NCBI GenBank assembly: GCA_035553595.1
Contig: DATMKA010000051.1
Location: 1-44,666 of the forward strand
From: Thermoplasmatota archaeon
GTDB taxonomy: Archaea > Thermoplasmatota > SW-10-69-26 > JACQPN01 > JAJPHT01
Reading direction: 5' to 3'
DNA length: 44,666 nt
In this document: in pieces, positions 24,192-31,947 of the stretch
Numbering within the stretch: the first letter of the stretch is position 1
Layout of the letters: each line of letters starts with the position of its first letter
Notes under the pieces: model-generated
The model's input: only the letters and a program-made list of their open reading frames with translations
The model's database searches: none
Told to the model about the DNA's origin: nothing
Program-made: the position numbers and the translations under genes

Positions 24192-24440
24192 TCAGCCGAC
24201 GCAACCAAGGCCGTTGTCCCATTCGTAGGCGAGCCGGGGAGTCATACCCTGGTTCCCAGTCCAAGACACACAGGTCCCATAGGACGTCCCGTATTCGATA
24301 ACGATACAGTTCTCCATGCCGCCTGCTTCGCCCACGCTCACACAGGTGGGACCGGCCGAACCCACCGGAACCAGGGACAGGGCCAGGAGGAGGGTGCTGG
24401 TAGTGAGGAGACACACGGTTGCGATTGTAGAGTAACGCAT
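24192..24440 (-). CDS. Small secreted Cys-containing protein (82-aa precursor, about 55-aa mature, 4 Cys)
   Basis: MRYSTIATVCLLTTSTLLLALSLVPVGSA is a signal peptide. Sits in a locally low-GC patch, with CATATC about 25 nt upstream of the ATG. Confidence 0.5.
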   Translation of the reverse strand: MRYSTIATVCLLTTSTLLLALSLVPVGSAGPTCVSVGEAGGMENCIVIEYGTSYGTCVSWTGNQGMTPRLAYEWDNGLGCVG

Positions 24441-24643
24441 AGTCTCTATTCCTGCCAGGGGGGCGATATGCCCAACCAGCCTGAACCCGAACATCCCGAT
24501 AGCACATAGATTTTCCTGTGGCCTAGTCTCGACAGTCTGGGGAAACCCACCAATGAGCCTCCTGAAAAAGGGGCGTCTGGACCTCGATAGGCGAGAGGGG
24601 CCCCTCAAAAAGGCTATACCCGGCTTGCCACGTTGCGGGCACC

Positions 24644-25849
24644 GTGAGCGACAATCGCGTGGTGGCCCTCACCGCCGTCGGGAAGGATCGGCGGGGCCTC
24701 ATCGCGGAAATCTCGGGCCACGTCACGGAGCTTGGCGGCAACATCGTGCACGTGGAGCAGGTGAGCCTGCGCGGCCTCTTCTCGCTCTTCATGCTCATCG
24801 AGCCCACGGAGCTGCCCGTCTCCCTCGACGTGTACCGCTTCGCTTACGAACTCACCCTCAAGGCCAAGGACCTGGGCCTTGATGCGCGGGCCGAGGTGGC
24901 GCCCGACCCCCACGCGCTCCTGCCGCGCGAGAAGGACCTCCGCGTCATCACCATCATCGGTTCCGACCGCCGCGGCGTCATGCACGCCATCACCCGCACC
25001 ATCGCCGACCGCGGCGCGAACGTGGAGCGCATGCACCACGTCGCCCGTGGCGACGTCATGGCCTTCGAAATCCTCATCGACGTGACGGGCGTGGACTTCG
25101 AGGCCCTGCGGCAGGAGCTGCGCGTCACCTGCGAGCGCGTTGGCGTGGACGCCATCATCCAGCCAGACAGCATGTACCGCGCGAGGAAGCGCCTCGTCGT
25201 GTTCGACATGGACTCCACGATTGTGGACGGCGAGGTTATCGACGAGCTGGCGAAGGCCGCCGGCGTGGGCGAGAAGGTGGCCCGCATCACGGAGCGCGCC
25301 ATGCGGGGCGAGATGGACTTCCAGGACGCCCTCAAGGAGCGCGTCGCGATGCTGAAGGGGCTCCACGTCTCGGACCTCGAGCGCATCGCCGACAGCCTCA
25401 CCCTCACCCCCGGCTCCGAGGAACTCATCGAGACGCTCAAGGGGATGGGCTTCAAGCTCGCCCTCATCTCGGGCGGCTTCACCTTCTTCACCGACCGCCT
25501 CAAGAGCGACCTCGGCTTCGACCACACCTTCGCCAACGAGCTCGAGATTGACGAGCAGGGCTACGTGACGGGCCGCGTGAAGGGCACCATCGTGGACGCC
25601 GAGCGCAAGGCCGAGATTCTCCGGATGCTCGCCGAACGGGAGGGCCTCCGCCGCGAGGAGGTCGTTGCTATCGGGGACGGCGCCAACGACCGCATCATGA
25701 TCCAGAACGCGGGGCTCGGCATCGCCTTCAACGCCAAGGAAGTGCTCCGCAAGGTGGCGGACGGGGCCCTCACGAAGAATAACCTCAAGGGGCTCCTGTA
25801 CTGCCTCGGCGCCACTCCCCAGGACCTGAAGGGACACCGGAAGGCCTGA
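24644..25849 (+). CDS. serB: Phosphoserine phosphatase SerB with two N-terminal ACT domains
   Basis: HAD motifs FDMDST, SGGF and GDGANDR. Two ACT-like repeats (GKDRRGLIAEISG, GSDRRGVMHAITR). GTG start about 27 nt after AAAAGGCTATAC. Confidence 0.9.
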   Translation: MSDNRVVALTAVGKDRRGLIAEISGHVTELGGNIVHVEQVSLRGLFSLFMLIEPTELPVSLDVYRFAYELTLKAKDLGLDARAEVAPDPHALLPREKDLRVITIIGSDRRGVMHAITRTIADRGANVERMHHVARGDVMAFEILIDVTGVDFEALRQELRVTCERVGVDAIIQPDSMYRARKRLVVFDMDSTIVDGEVIDELAKAAGVGEKVARITERAMRGEMDFQDALKERVAMLKGLHVSDLERIADSLTLTPGSEELIETLKGMGFKLALISGGFTFFTDRLKSDLGFDHTFANELEIDEQGYVTGRVKGTIVDAERKAEILRMLAEREGLRREEVVAIGDGANDRIMIQNAGLGIAFNAKEVLRKVADGALTKNNLKGLLYCLGATPQDLKGHRKA

Positions 25850-25895
25850 AGCGGGCAGCGTGGAGTATTTAACCCGCCAGAACGCTCCCCGGGGC

Positions 25896-26366
25896 ATGTC
25901 CCTCATCGTCCGCACCGCCAAGGCGGAGGATCTGCCCCTGCTTGGTAAGTACTGGCTCGACCTGCGCTTTGCGGAGGCCACCTCCGGGCGCTTCGGCGGC
26001 GGCAACGTCCCCGAGTCGAGCGCGGGCTGGGAAACCTACGCGAAGAAGACGCTTCTCGGCGCTCATGGCATCCTGCTCGTGGCCGAGACGGACGACCGCC
26101 ACCTCGCGGGCTTCCTCTCCTGCAAGGAGATCACGATTCCCCCGGACCGCAAGCTCGGTTGGGTCGAGGACGTTTACGTCTCCCCCGGCGAGCGCGGTCA
26201 GGGCGCGGGGCGCGCGCTCCTCGCGGCCGTCGAGGCCTGGGCCCGTGGCCGCGGCCTCAAGTACATCGAGGGCGTGACCGGCTCGGACAACTTCTACGCC
26301 ATCCGCGCCTGGCAGAGCCTTGGTGCCCAGCAGGTGGGCGTCCTCATCGAGAAGCGGCTCGAGTGA
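25896..26366 (+). CDS. GNAT N-acetyltransferase
   Basis: VEDVYVSPGERGQGAGRALL is motif A. Confidence 0.8.
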   Translation: MSLIVRTAKAEDLPLLGKYWLDLRFAEATSGRFGGGNVPESSAGWETYAKKTLLGAHGILLVAETDDRHLAGFLSCKEITIPPDRKLGWVEDVYVSPGERGQGAGRALLAAVEAWARGRGLKYIEGVTGSDNFYAIRAWQSLGAQQVGVLIEKRLE

Positions 26367-26843
26367 TCAGGGCGCGCCGTGCAGCCGCCAGCCCCCGGGC
26401 AGCAGCCGCGCCGCTCCCAGGAGGGGCGTGAGGTCTGCCCACTCGTCCTTGAGCGGCAGCAACGCCAGGGGAGCGCCCACGGTTCGGGCGAGGCGCGCGG
26501 CGGGAGCCTGCAGCTCCTCGGGGATGCGGATCGCGTACAGGAGGGCGGCGCCCCGATAGAGGTCCAGGTTCGGCTCCCACAGGTCGTCGAGGTGGGCTTC
26601 CAGGGGCGGAGGCGCTTCGCGCACCTTGGGCGCGACGTCCGTGACGCGCACCTTGAGGCCGGGGACGGCGTGCGCAAACTGGAGGGCCGCAGCGAAGCGG
26701 TTGCCTGCCGCGAGCTCCACGATGAAGGGGCCGCGCCGCGCGAGGCTCAGCAAGGCTTCCGGGAGCGCAGGTCCCTGGTTGGTCACAGGCCTGGAAGCGG
26801 CGGGGGCGCCATCAATTCTCGCCCGGGGCCGGGCGGGTTGCAT
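26367..26843 (-). CDS. UPF0146 family protein (archaeal, methyltransferase-like fold)
   Basis: DDLWEPNLDLYRGAALLYAIRIPEELQ...APLALLPL matches the UPF0146 (MJ0688-type) pattern. Confidence 0.7.
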   Translation of the reverse strand: MQPARPRARIDGAPAASRPVTNQGPALPEALLSLARRGPFIVELAAGNRFAAALQFAHAVPGLKVRVTDVAPKVREAPPPLEAHLDDLWEPNLDLYRGAALLYAIRIPEELQAPAARLARTVGAPLALLPLKDEWADLTPLLGAARLLPGGWRLHGAP

Positions 26844-26885
26844 GGAAGCATCTTTTTACGGGGATGTGCCCTCTCAGGGGTGTTG

Positions 26886-27341
26886 ATGACTCGCGGCGTG
26901 GTCCGGTACCGCAATTTCCGGCACGAGGACCTCTTTGAGGTCGTCCGGATGGCGAACCGGACCCTTCACGAGAACTACGACGGAGGGCTCTTCCTCCAGC
27001 TCGGGGACCTCTATCCCGACGGGTTCATCGTGGCCGAGGCGCCCGGCGGCGAGATCGCGGGCTTCCTTCTCGGAGTCGTCGAGCGCGCCTACGAGGCCCG
27101 CATTCTCATCCTCTCGGTGGACGAGAAGCACCGTAAGCGCGGCATCGGCACCCAGCTGTGCTACCTTTTCGAGGAGCGCTTCGCCCGGAACGGGATCCGG
27201 CGCGTGAACCTCGAGGTGCGCGTGAGCAACGCCACCGCCATCCGCCTCTACGAGGGGCTCGGGTTCGAGCGGAAGCGCATCATTCCCCACTATTACGCGG
27301 ATGGGGAAGACGCGTTCCTCATGAGCAAGATCATCGCCTGA
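26886..27341 (+). CDS. rimI: RimI/Ard1-type N-terminal acetyltransferase (GNAT)
   Basis: ILILSVDEKHRKRGIGTQL, NATAIRLYEGLGFE and YYADGEDAFLM are typical RimI/NAT motifs. Confidence 0.8.
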   Translation: MTRGVVRYRNFRHEDLFEVVRMANRTLHENYDGGLFLQLGDLYPDGFIVAEAPGGEIAGFLLGVVERAYEARILILSVDEKHRKRGIGTQLCYLFEERFARNGIRRVNLEVRVSNATAIRLYEGLGFERKRIIPHYYADGEDAFLMSKIIA

Positions 27342-27526
27342 TCTTCGGGGTTGTTTCGCCCACGTCCCCCGCTCAAGGTTAGGTGGCTCGCGGACCTTTC
27401 TTGGTTTGTCAGGGGACACCGGCACGGGACGCCGTGCTGGGAGAAGAGAGGTTGAGAAAAACGGGGGTGCCGGGCCGCCGGTTGTTAGTGCATCCGTGAG
27501 CGGCAGCCCGGAACGAAGGAGTGGCC

Positions 27527-27823
27527 CTAGAGGGCCTTGACCATCTGGGGGCCCTTCTCCATGCGCTGGAGCATGGAGCCGAGGCGGTTGTGGAGGCGGC
27601 CGGGGCCGCTGAGTTCGCCGGAGGAGAGAACCTCCGCGAGCTCCTTGCCGAGGACGAAGATGGCCTTCTTGTGCTCGCCCTTGGAGCGGTGCACGTGGAT
27701 GGGGCTGACCTTCATCTTGTTGTACTCGGGGAAGAGCTCGCCCTGTCCGACGGACTGGGTCTCGACGTAGTTCTTGATCTGGCAGAGCAGCGTGTGCATC
27801 TGAATGAGTTCGTCCTTGTGCAT
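27527..27823 (-). CDS. UPF0058 family protein (archaeal)
   Basis: MHKDELIQMHTLLCQIKNY...IHVHRSKGEHKKAIFVLGKE matches the UPF0058 (MJ1132-type) signature. GGAGGGG lies 6 nt before the ATG. Confidence 0.8.
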   Translation of the reverse strand: MHKDELIQMHTLLCQIKNYVETQSVGQGELFPEYNKMKVSPIHVHRSKGEHKKAIFVLGKELAEVLSSGELSGPGRLHNRLGSMLQRMEKGPQMVKAL

Positions 27824-27867
27824 CCCTTTCCCCTCCGGCGGGGTTGAAGCTACTAAGGAGCCCAGGG

Positions 27868-27881
27868 AATATAATATTTTT
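27868..27881 (-). promoter_or_regulatory. TATA region (AAAAATATTATATT on minus) for the UPF0058 gene
   Basis: Strong AT block about 45 nt upstream of the ATG at 27823. Confidence 0.4.
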
Positions 27882-28263
27882 GCACGAATAGAAAACGGGC
27901 TGTGAAAGAAGAATTCGGCCCCAAAACAGGAAATTTCCCAATTTCCGAGAGAGCCGAAGCTAGAGCGAACGAAGTGTTTGCTCCGAAATCGATGGGGTCC
28001 CAAGCCCGTCTACGTGCGCGGCGCTGCATCCCAACCGTGGCGCGAAACGTGCTGCACTCGAAGGCTCGGTTCCGGTCGAGCAGACGAGTAAGGACCCTTA
28101 AAGAAACTTCACTCACATGAACCCTTTGGTGGCCCATGTTGCGCCGCGCAGCAACGGCGACGCTAGCACCGACCAACTGCGGTGATCCGGCAATCGTTCC
28201 ATCGTCAAGCGACGTGAGAAGGCAATCGCACTGGGCGAAAAACAGAGTGAAAGAAAAGGAGGG

Positions 28264-28287
28264 GGCGGAGGCTCAAGGGCCTCCGCC
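28264..28287 (-). terminator. 9-bp hairpin (GGCGGAGGC-TCAAGG-GCCTCCGCC) followed on the minus strand by a T-rich tract; likely end of the dnaG transcript
   Basis: Exact complementary arms. Minus-strand downstream sequence is CCCCTCCTTTTCTTTCACTCTGTTTTT. Confidence 0.45.
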
Positions 28288-28304
28288 AAAGTGGTCGAGG
28301 GACC

Positions 28305-28331
28305 TTACGCGAGCTCGGCCCGCGTCAGCAT
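28305..28331 (-). repeat. Third copy of the dnaG 3' end (encodes MLTRAELA-stop)
   Basis: Minus strand reads ATGCTGACGCGGGCCGAGCTCGCGTAA. A perfect 14-bp hairpin (28335-28363) lies immediately upstream of it on the minus strand. Confidence 0.75.
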
Positions 28332-28388
28332 ACCGACGAATCGGGGTGTCACCCCGATTCGTCCTCTGCTGCCGCGGCCCTCACTGGC

Positions 28389-28442
28389 TTACGCCAACTC
28401 GGCCCGCGTCAGCATCTCCACGTTGGCGGGGCGCTTCGTGAC
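28389..28442 (-). repeat. Second copy of the dnaG 3' end (encodes VTKRPANVEMLTRAELA-stop)
   Basis: Differs from 28541-28594 at 9 codons. Eight changes are synonymous and one gives Ile to Val. Confidence 0.8.
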
Positions 28443-28540
28443 ACGGACGAATCCTGCTTCGCAGGAGCAGCCGCCTCCGGCGGCCTTTCGTCCTATCACG
28501 AAGCGGCAGCTCCCTCGAGATGCTCCCGCACGTCGCTCGC

Positions 28541-30103
28541 TTACGCAAGCTCCGCACGGGTCAGCATCTCAACGTTCGCGGGCCGCTTCGTGATGTTGCC
28601 CGTCTTCACGCCCACGAGGGTGCTGATCTTCTTGTCCGTCGCGATGTCGAGAAGGCGCTGCGTGATGACGCCGTCGAACACCACGTGCTTCACGGCGCCG
28701 GAGTCGTCCTTCTTGAGGGTGTCCGCGAGGTCGCGGACGGCGACGGTGCCGCCGATGCGCTCAAGCTGCTCGTTGAGGAGGACAGCCTGGAGCTTGCCGG
28801 AGAGCTCGTCGAGGATGGTCACGTAGGTGGACTCGCGGCCGCCGGTGGGGCGGCGGGGGGCCTCGTCGGCCTCGGCCATGGCGGGCTCCTCGCGGCGCTC
28901 GCGGCGGTCCTCACGGGGCTCACGGCGGGACTCCCGCTCCTCACGGGGCTCCCGGGGCTCGCGGCGCTCGCCGCGGTCCTCGCGACCCTCGCGGGGTTCG
29001 CGGCGGTCGCGGCGTTCTTCGCGGCCTTCGCGGGGCTCGCGGCGCTCGCCGCGGTCCTCACGGGGTTCCCGGCGCTCGCCGCGCTCTTCGCGGCGGTCGC
29101 GGCGCTCCTCCCGGGGCTCGCGGCGCTCCTCGCGCTGGAGGGCGGGGGCGGCCTCGGAGGCGGTGAGCTGGATGTAGTCCTCGTCGTCGGGCTCGCGACC
29201 GCTGGAGGTCTTCGGGCCGCGGCCGCGGACGTTGTCGCGGTTCTCGGGGATGCGGCGGCCGCCCTCGAGGCTGTACATCTCGGTGAACTGCTCCGCGGGG
29301 ATCTTGTTGCGGAGACACTTCATGATCTGCTTCTGGGTGAGCTCCTCGACCTCGCGGCTGCGGGGGGCGCGGGCGATGAAGTCGATCTCGGCGGTCTGGA
29401 GGAGCTCCTTGAGGATGAGCTCGCCGCCGCGGTCGCCGTCGACGAAGGCGATGGTGGTCTTCTCCTTCGTGAGGTCGCTCACGGCCTTGGGGACGCTCGT
29501 GCCTTCCACGGCGACGGCGTTGGTGATGCCGTTCTTGAGGAGGTTGATGACGTCGTTGCGGCCCTCGACCACGATGATGCTCTCGGACTTCGTGACGTTG
29601 GGGCCGGCGGGGAGGCGCTCGGGGCCGAGGCTGATGATTTCCTGGACGCGGATGGTGTCGCGCACCATCTCGGTGATGTCCTCGCTCTCGCCCTTGCTGG
29701 ACTCGATGAGGTTCTGGAGGAGTTCGCGAGCGCGGTCGATGACCTGCTTGCGCTTGCTCACGCGGACGTCCTCCACGAGCTTGACCTTGATATCGGCCTT
29801 GCAGGGTCCGATGCGGTCGATGCTCTCAAGGGCGGCGGCAAGGATGGCTGTCTCGACCTTGTCGAGGGAGCTCGGGAGGATGATCTCGCCGATGCTCTTG
29901 CCCTTCTTGCTGTCGACGTTGACCTCGATGCGGCCGATGCGGCCGCTCTTCTGGAGGTCCCGGAGGTCGAGTTCGTCGCCGAGGAGGCCTTCGGTCTGGC
30001 CGAAGATGGCGCCCACGACGTCCGGCTTCTCCACCACGCCGTCCGCGTTCAGCTCCGCGCGGATCAGGTACTTGGTGGTGCTGGGATCGATGTTGATGGT
30101 CAT
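28541..30103 (-). CDS. dnaG: Archaeal DnaG primase / exosome-associated Toprim protein with an Arg/Glu-rich insertion
   Basis: N-terminal YLIRAELNADGVVEKPDVVGAIFGQTEGLLG and the Toprim segment IIVVEGRNDVINL...FVDGDRGGE are diagnostic. Start at MTINIDP. Confidence 0.9.
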   Translation of the reverse strand: MTINIDPSTTKYLIRAELNADGVVEKPDVVGAIFGQTEGLLGDELDLRDLQKSGRIGRIEVNVDSKKGKSIGEIILPSSLDKVETAILAAALESIDRIGPCKADIKVKLVEDVRVSKRKQVIDRARELLQNLIESSKGESEDITEMVRDTIRVQEIISLGPERLPAGPNVTKSESIIVVEGRNDVINLLKNGITNAVAVEGTSVPKAVSDLTKEKTTIAFVDGDRGGELILKELLQTAEIDFIARAPRSREVEELTQKQIMKCLRNKIPAEQFTEMYSLEGGRRIPENRDNVRGRGPKTSSGREPDDEDYIQLTASEAAPALQREERREPREERRDRREERGERREPREDRGERREPREGREERRDRREPREGREDRGERREPREPREERESRREPREDRRERREEPAMAEADEAPRRPTGGRESTYVTILDELSGKLQAVLLNEQLERIGGTVAVRDLADTLKKDDSGAVKHVVFDGVITQRLLDIATDKKISTLVGVKTGNITKRPANVEMLTRAELA

Positions 30104-30382
30104 GCTGAGGTCAGCTCCTGACTCGGAAGCCGGGAGGCACCGCATGCCCGGGGAACCTTCTTTCTAGAGGGAAGGCCGGTCTGCCAGATCACCTGGTCTC
30201 GACTGCCGCCCCTGGGGCTCCACGGCGGGAGGCGGGGCGGGTGAGCGGAGGGTTCCGGGGTTCCGACCTCCCAAAGAGGAGGGAGGGGGTGAAGGAACCG
30301 TCGGAAGGAGTGAGCGTGATATGGATTGAATCGGACATGCGTTGATATCCCGATTCCAAAAGCCGAAAGGACGACAAGCGGC

Positions 30383-30394
30383 TATATATCTATC
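30383..30394. promoter_or_regulatory. Strong TATA-like element (CTATATATCTAT) about 280 nt upstream of dnaG; strand ambiguous
   Basis: The only AT-rich block between the Toprim gene stop and the dnaG start. Adjacent palindrome CTATCGGATAG. Confidence 0.3.
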
Positions 30395-30476
30395 GGATAG
30401 CCCGGTCGTGGCGGAGGGCCACCCTGGCAACGTGCGGCAGTGGGTGCTGCCCGATCCCACCTCCACCGCCTGCGGC

Positions 30477-30920
30477 CTATTCCCTCCTCGGCTCGGGGCC
30501 GGCGCGGGCGGGGGCGGCGGCCCGGGCGCGCACCGTTTCGAGGTAGGTGTCGAGGCTCTCGACGTGGCGGATCTCGCGGGCGGCCCGCACGAGCTTCCGC
30601 CGCACTTCGAGGTCCGCCCGGATGCCGTTTGCGCGCAGGGCTTCCTCGAGGAGCCGCGCGACCTTGCCGCCGGTGCGGTCCCAATCCGTGAGGATGATGG
30701 CCTCCTTGACGCCCTCCTCGCGGAGCGTCTCGGCGAGCCCGAAGAGGCCGCCCGCGGTCTGGACCTGCCGGAGGGGGCCCGTGAAGCCGAGGGCGCGGAG
30801 GGCGGCGATGTCCTTCTCGCCCTCCACGAGCGTGAGCGTGGCCGCGGTGGCTTCGATGGCTGCTTCGAGCCATTCCTCGAGGGCTTCGAGGGCCTCGGTG
30901 TCGGCGCCCTCTGTCGTCAT
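30477..30920 (-). CDS. Small Toprim-domain protein (RNase M5 / small primase-like, COG1658-type)
   Basis: LTLVEGEKDIAALRALG...AIILTDWDRTGGKVARLL carries the Toprim E and DxD motifs. ATGA overlap with the upstream gene. Confidence 0.7.
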   Translation of the reverse strand: MTTEGADTEALEALEEWLEAAIEATAATLTLVEGEKDIAALRALGFTGPLRQVQTAGGLFGLAETLREEGVKEAIILTDWDRTGGKVARLLEEALRANGIRADLEVRRKLVRAAREIRHVESLDTYLETVRARAAAPARAGPEPRRE

Positions 30921-31240
30921 GGGGGGAGGCCCCCCTTGAGGCGCGCGAGGGCCGCTTCGACCGTGAGGCCGTCCACGGTGACGGTCTTGCGGCGGGAGGT
31001 GTGGCCGCTCGTCACGCGGGCGGTGCGGGCGGGAAGCGCGAAGAACTCGGCCACGAGACGAGCTAGCTCCTCGTTGGCTTGGCCCTTCTCTGGTGGAGCC
31101 TGGACGCGGGCCTCGAGGCGGTTGCGCCAGGGGTTCCACCCTGCCGGAAAGCGGCTGTCTGCGGCGCCGGGGACCACCTCCACGTCGAGGGCGATGCCCC
31201 CCGCGGCGGGCTTCACGGCGGGGCTTGGGTCCGGGGCCAC
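30917..31240 (-). CDS. DUF167 / YggU (UPF0235) family protein
   Basis: LEARVQAPPEKGQANEELARLVAEFF...VTSGHTSRRKTVTV matches ApP..G.AN......G..sr.K. Start is uncertain (GTG 31240, GTG 31216 or TTG 31267). Confidence 0.65.
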   Translation of the reverse strand: MAPDPSPAVKPAAGGIALDVEVVPGAADSRFPAGWNPWRNRLEARVQAPPEKGQANEELARLVAEFFALPARTARVTSGHTSRRKTVTVDGLTVEAALARLKGGLPP

Positions 31241-31419
31241 GCGGCAGGGACGGGGGCGGCAGCCCAAGAGGCTGCCGGTTCGCCCACCCGCTCCCTGCAG
31301 TGGGGTTTGACGCTTCTCGCCGCCTCCTCAGTAGGCCTTGCCCTGCTCCCCGCCCGGTCCGACATCGGGGCCAAATCCCTTATGGGTGCCACCGGCAGGG
31401 GTAAGGGTGAGGCCTGAAC

Positions 31420-31917
31420 ATGCCGACTGTGAACAAGAGCATCGAGGTCGACGTGCCCGTCGACCGTGTCTACGAATACTGGAGCAACTTCGAGAACTTC
31501 CCCCACTTCATGGAGAAGGTGGACGAGGTTCGCGTGACAGGCCCCACGACCACCCACTGGGTCGTGAACGCCCCCACGGAGCGCGTGGAGTGGGACGCCA
31601 CGACCACGGAGAAGGTGCCCAACGAGCGCATCAGCTGGCGCGCCGCGGGCCAGTCGGGCCAGAACGGCACCGTCACCTTCGAGCCCCTCGACGCCACACG
31701 CACCCGCGTGAACGTGCAGATGGAGTACACCCTCGACAACAAGCTCAAGGAGAAGCTCGCCACGTTCTTCCAGATCGACGACCGCCTCGTGGAGACCGAC
31801 CTCAAGCGCTTCAAGGAGACGGTGGAGCGCAACCCGAGCGCCGCGGGGGTTTCGGGCGGAACGACGGGCAGCGTGGGCGGCACCACCTACGGTGGCACCG
31901 GCCCTGGCTCCCTCTGA
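31420..31917 (+). CDS. SRPBCC-superfamily (polyketide cyclase/dehydrase-like) protein with a Gly/Thr-rich tail
   Basis: SIEVDVPVDRVYEYWSNFENFPHFM...HW...WDA is typical of Polyketide_cyc2. GGTGAGG lies 9 nt before the ATG. Confidence 0.8.
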   Translation: MPTVNKSIEVDVPVDRVYEYWSNFENFPHFMEKVDEVRVTGPTTTHWVVNAPTERVEWDATTTEKVPNERISWRAAGQSGQNGTVTFEPLDATRTRVNVQMEYTLDNKLKEKLATFFQIDDRLVETDLKRFKETVERNPSAAGVSGGTTGSVGGTTYGGTGPGSL

Positions 31918-31947
31918 ACCGCGTTAGGACCCGCCGGCCCGGGCCCG

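Noticed and set aside
22886-27341. Three GNAT acetyltransferase genes within 4.5 kb as a possible functional cluster.
   Set aside because: They lie on different strands, are separated by unrelated housekeeping genes (serB, UPF0146), and show no close mutual similarity. GNATs are abundant in archaeal genomes.
27900-28260. Lower-GC 360-nt stretch examined for a decayed integrase or another ORF, or for an RNA gene.
   Set aside because: The ORFs 27853-28176(-), 27902-28120(+) and 28136-28441(+) translate to featureless basic peptides with no recombinase motifs. Only local hairpins were seen. It is kept only as context for the dnaG 3'-end repeats.
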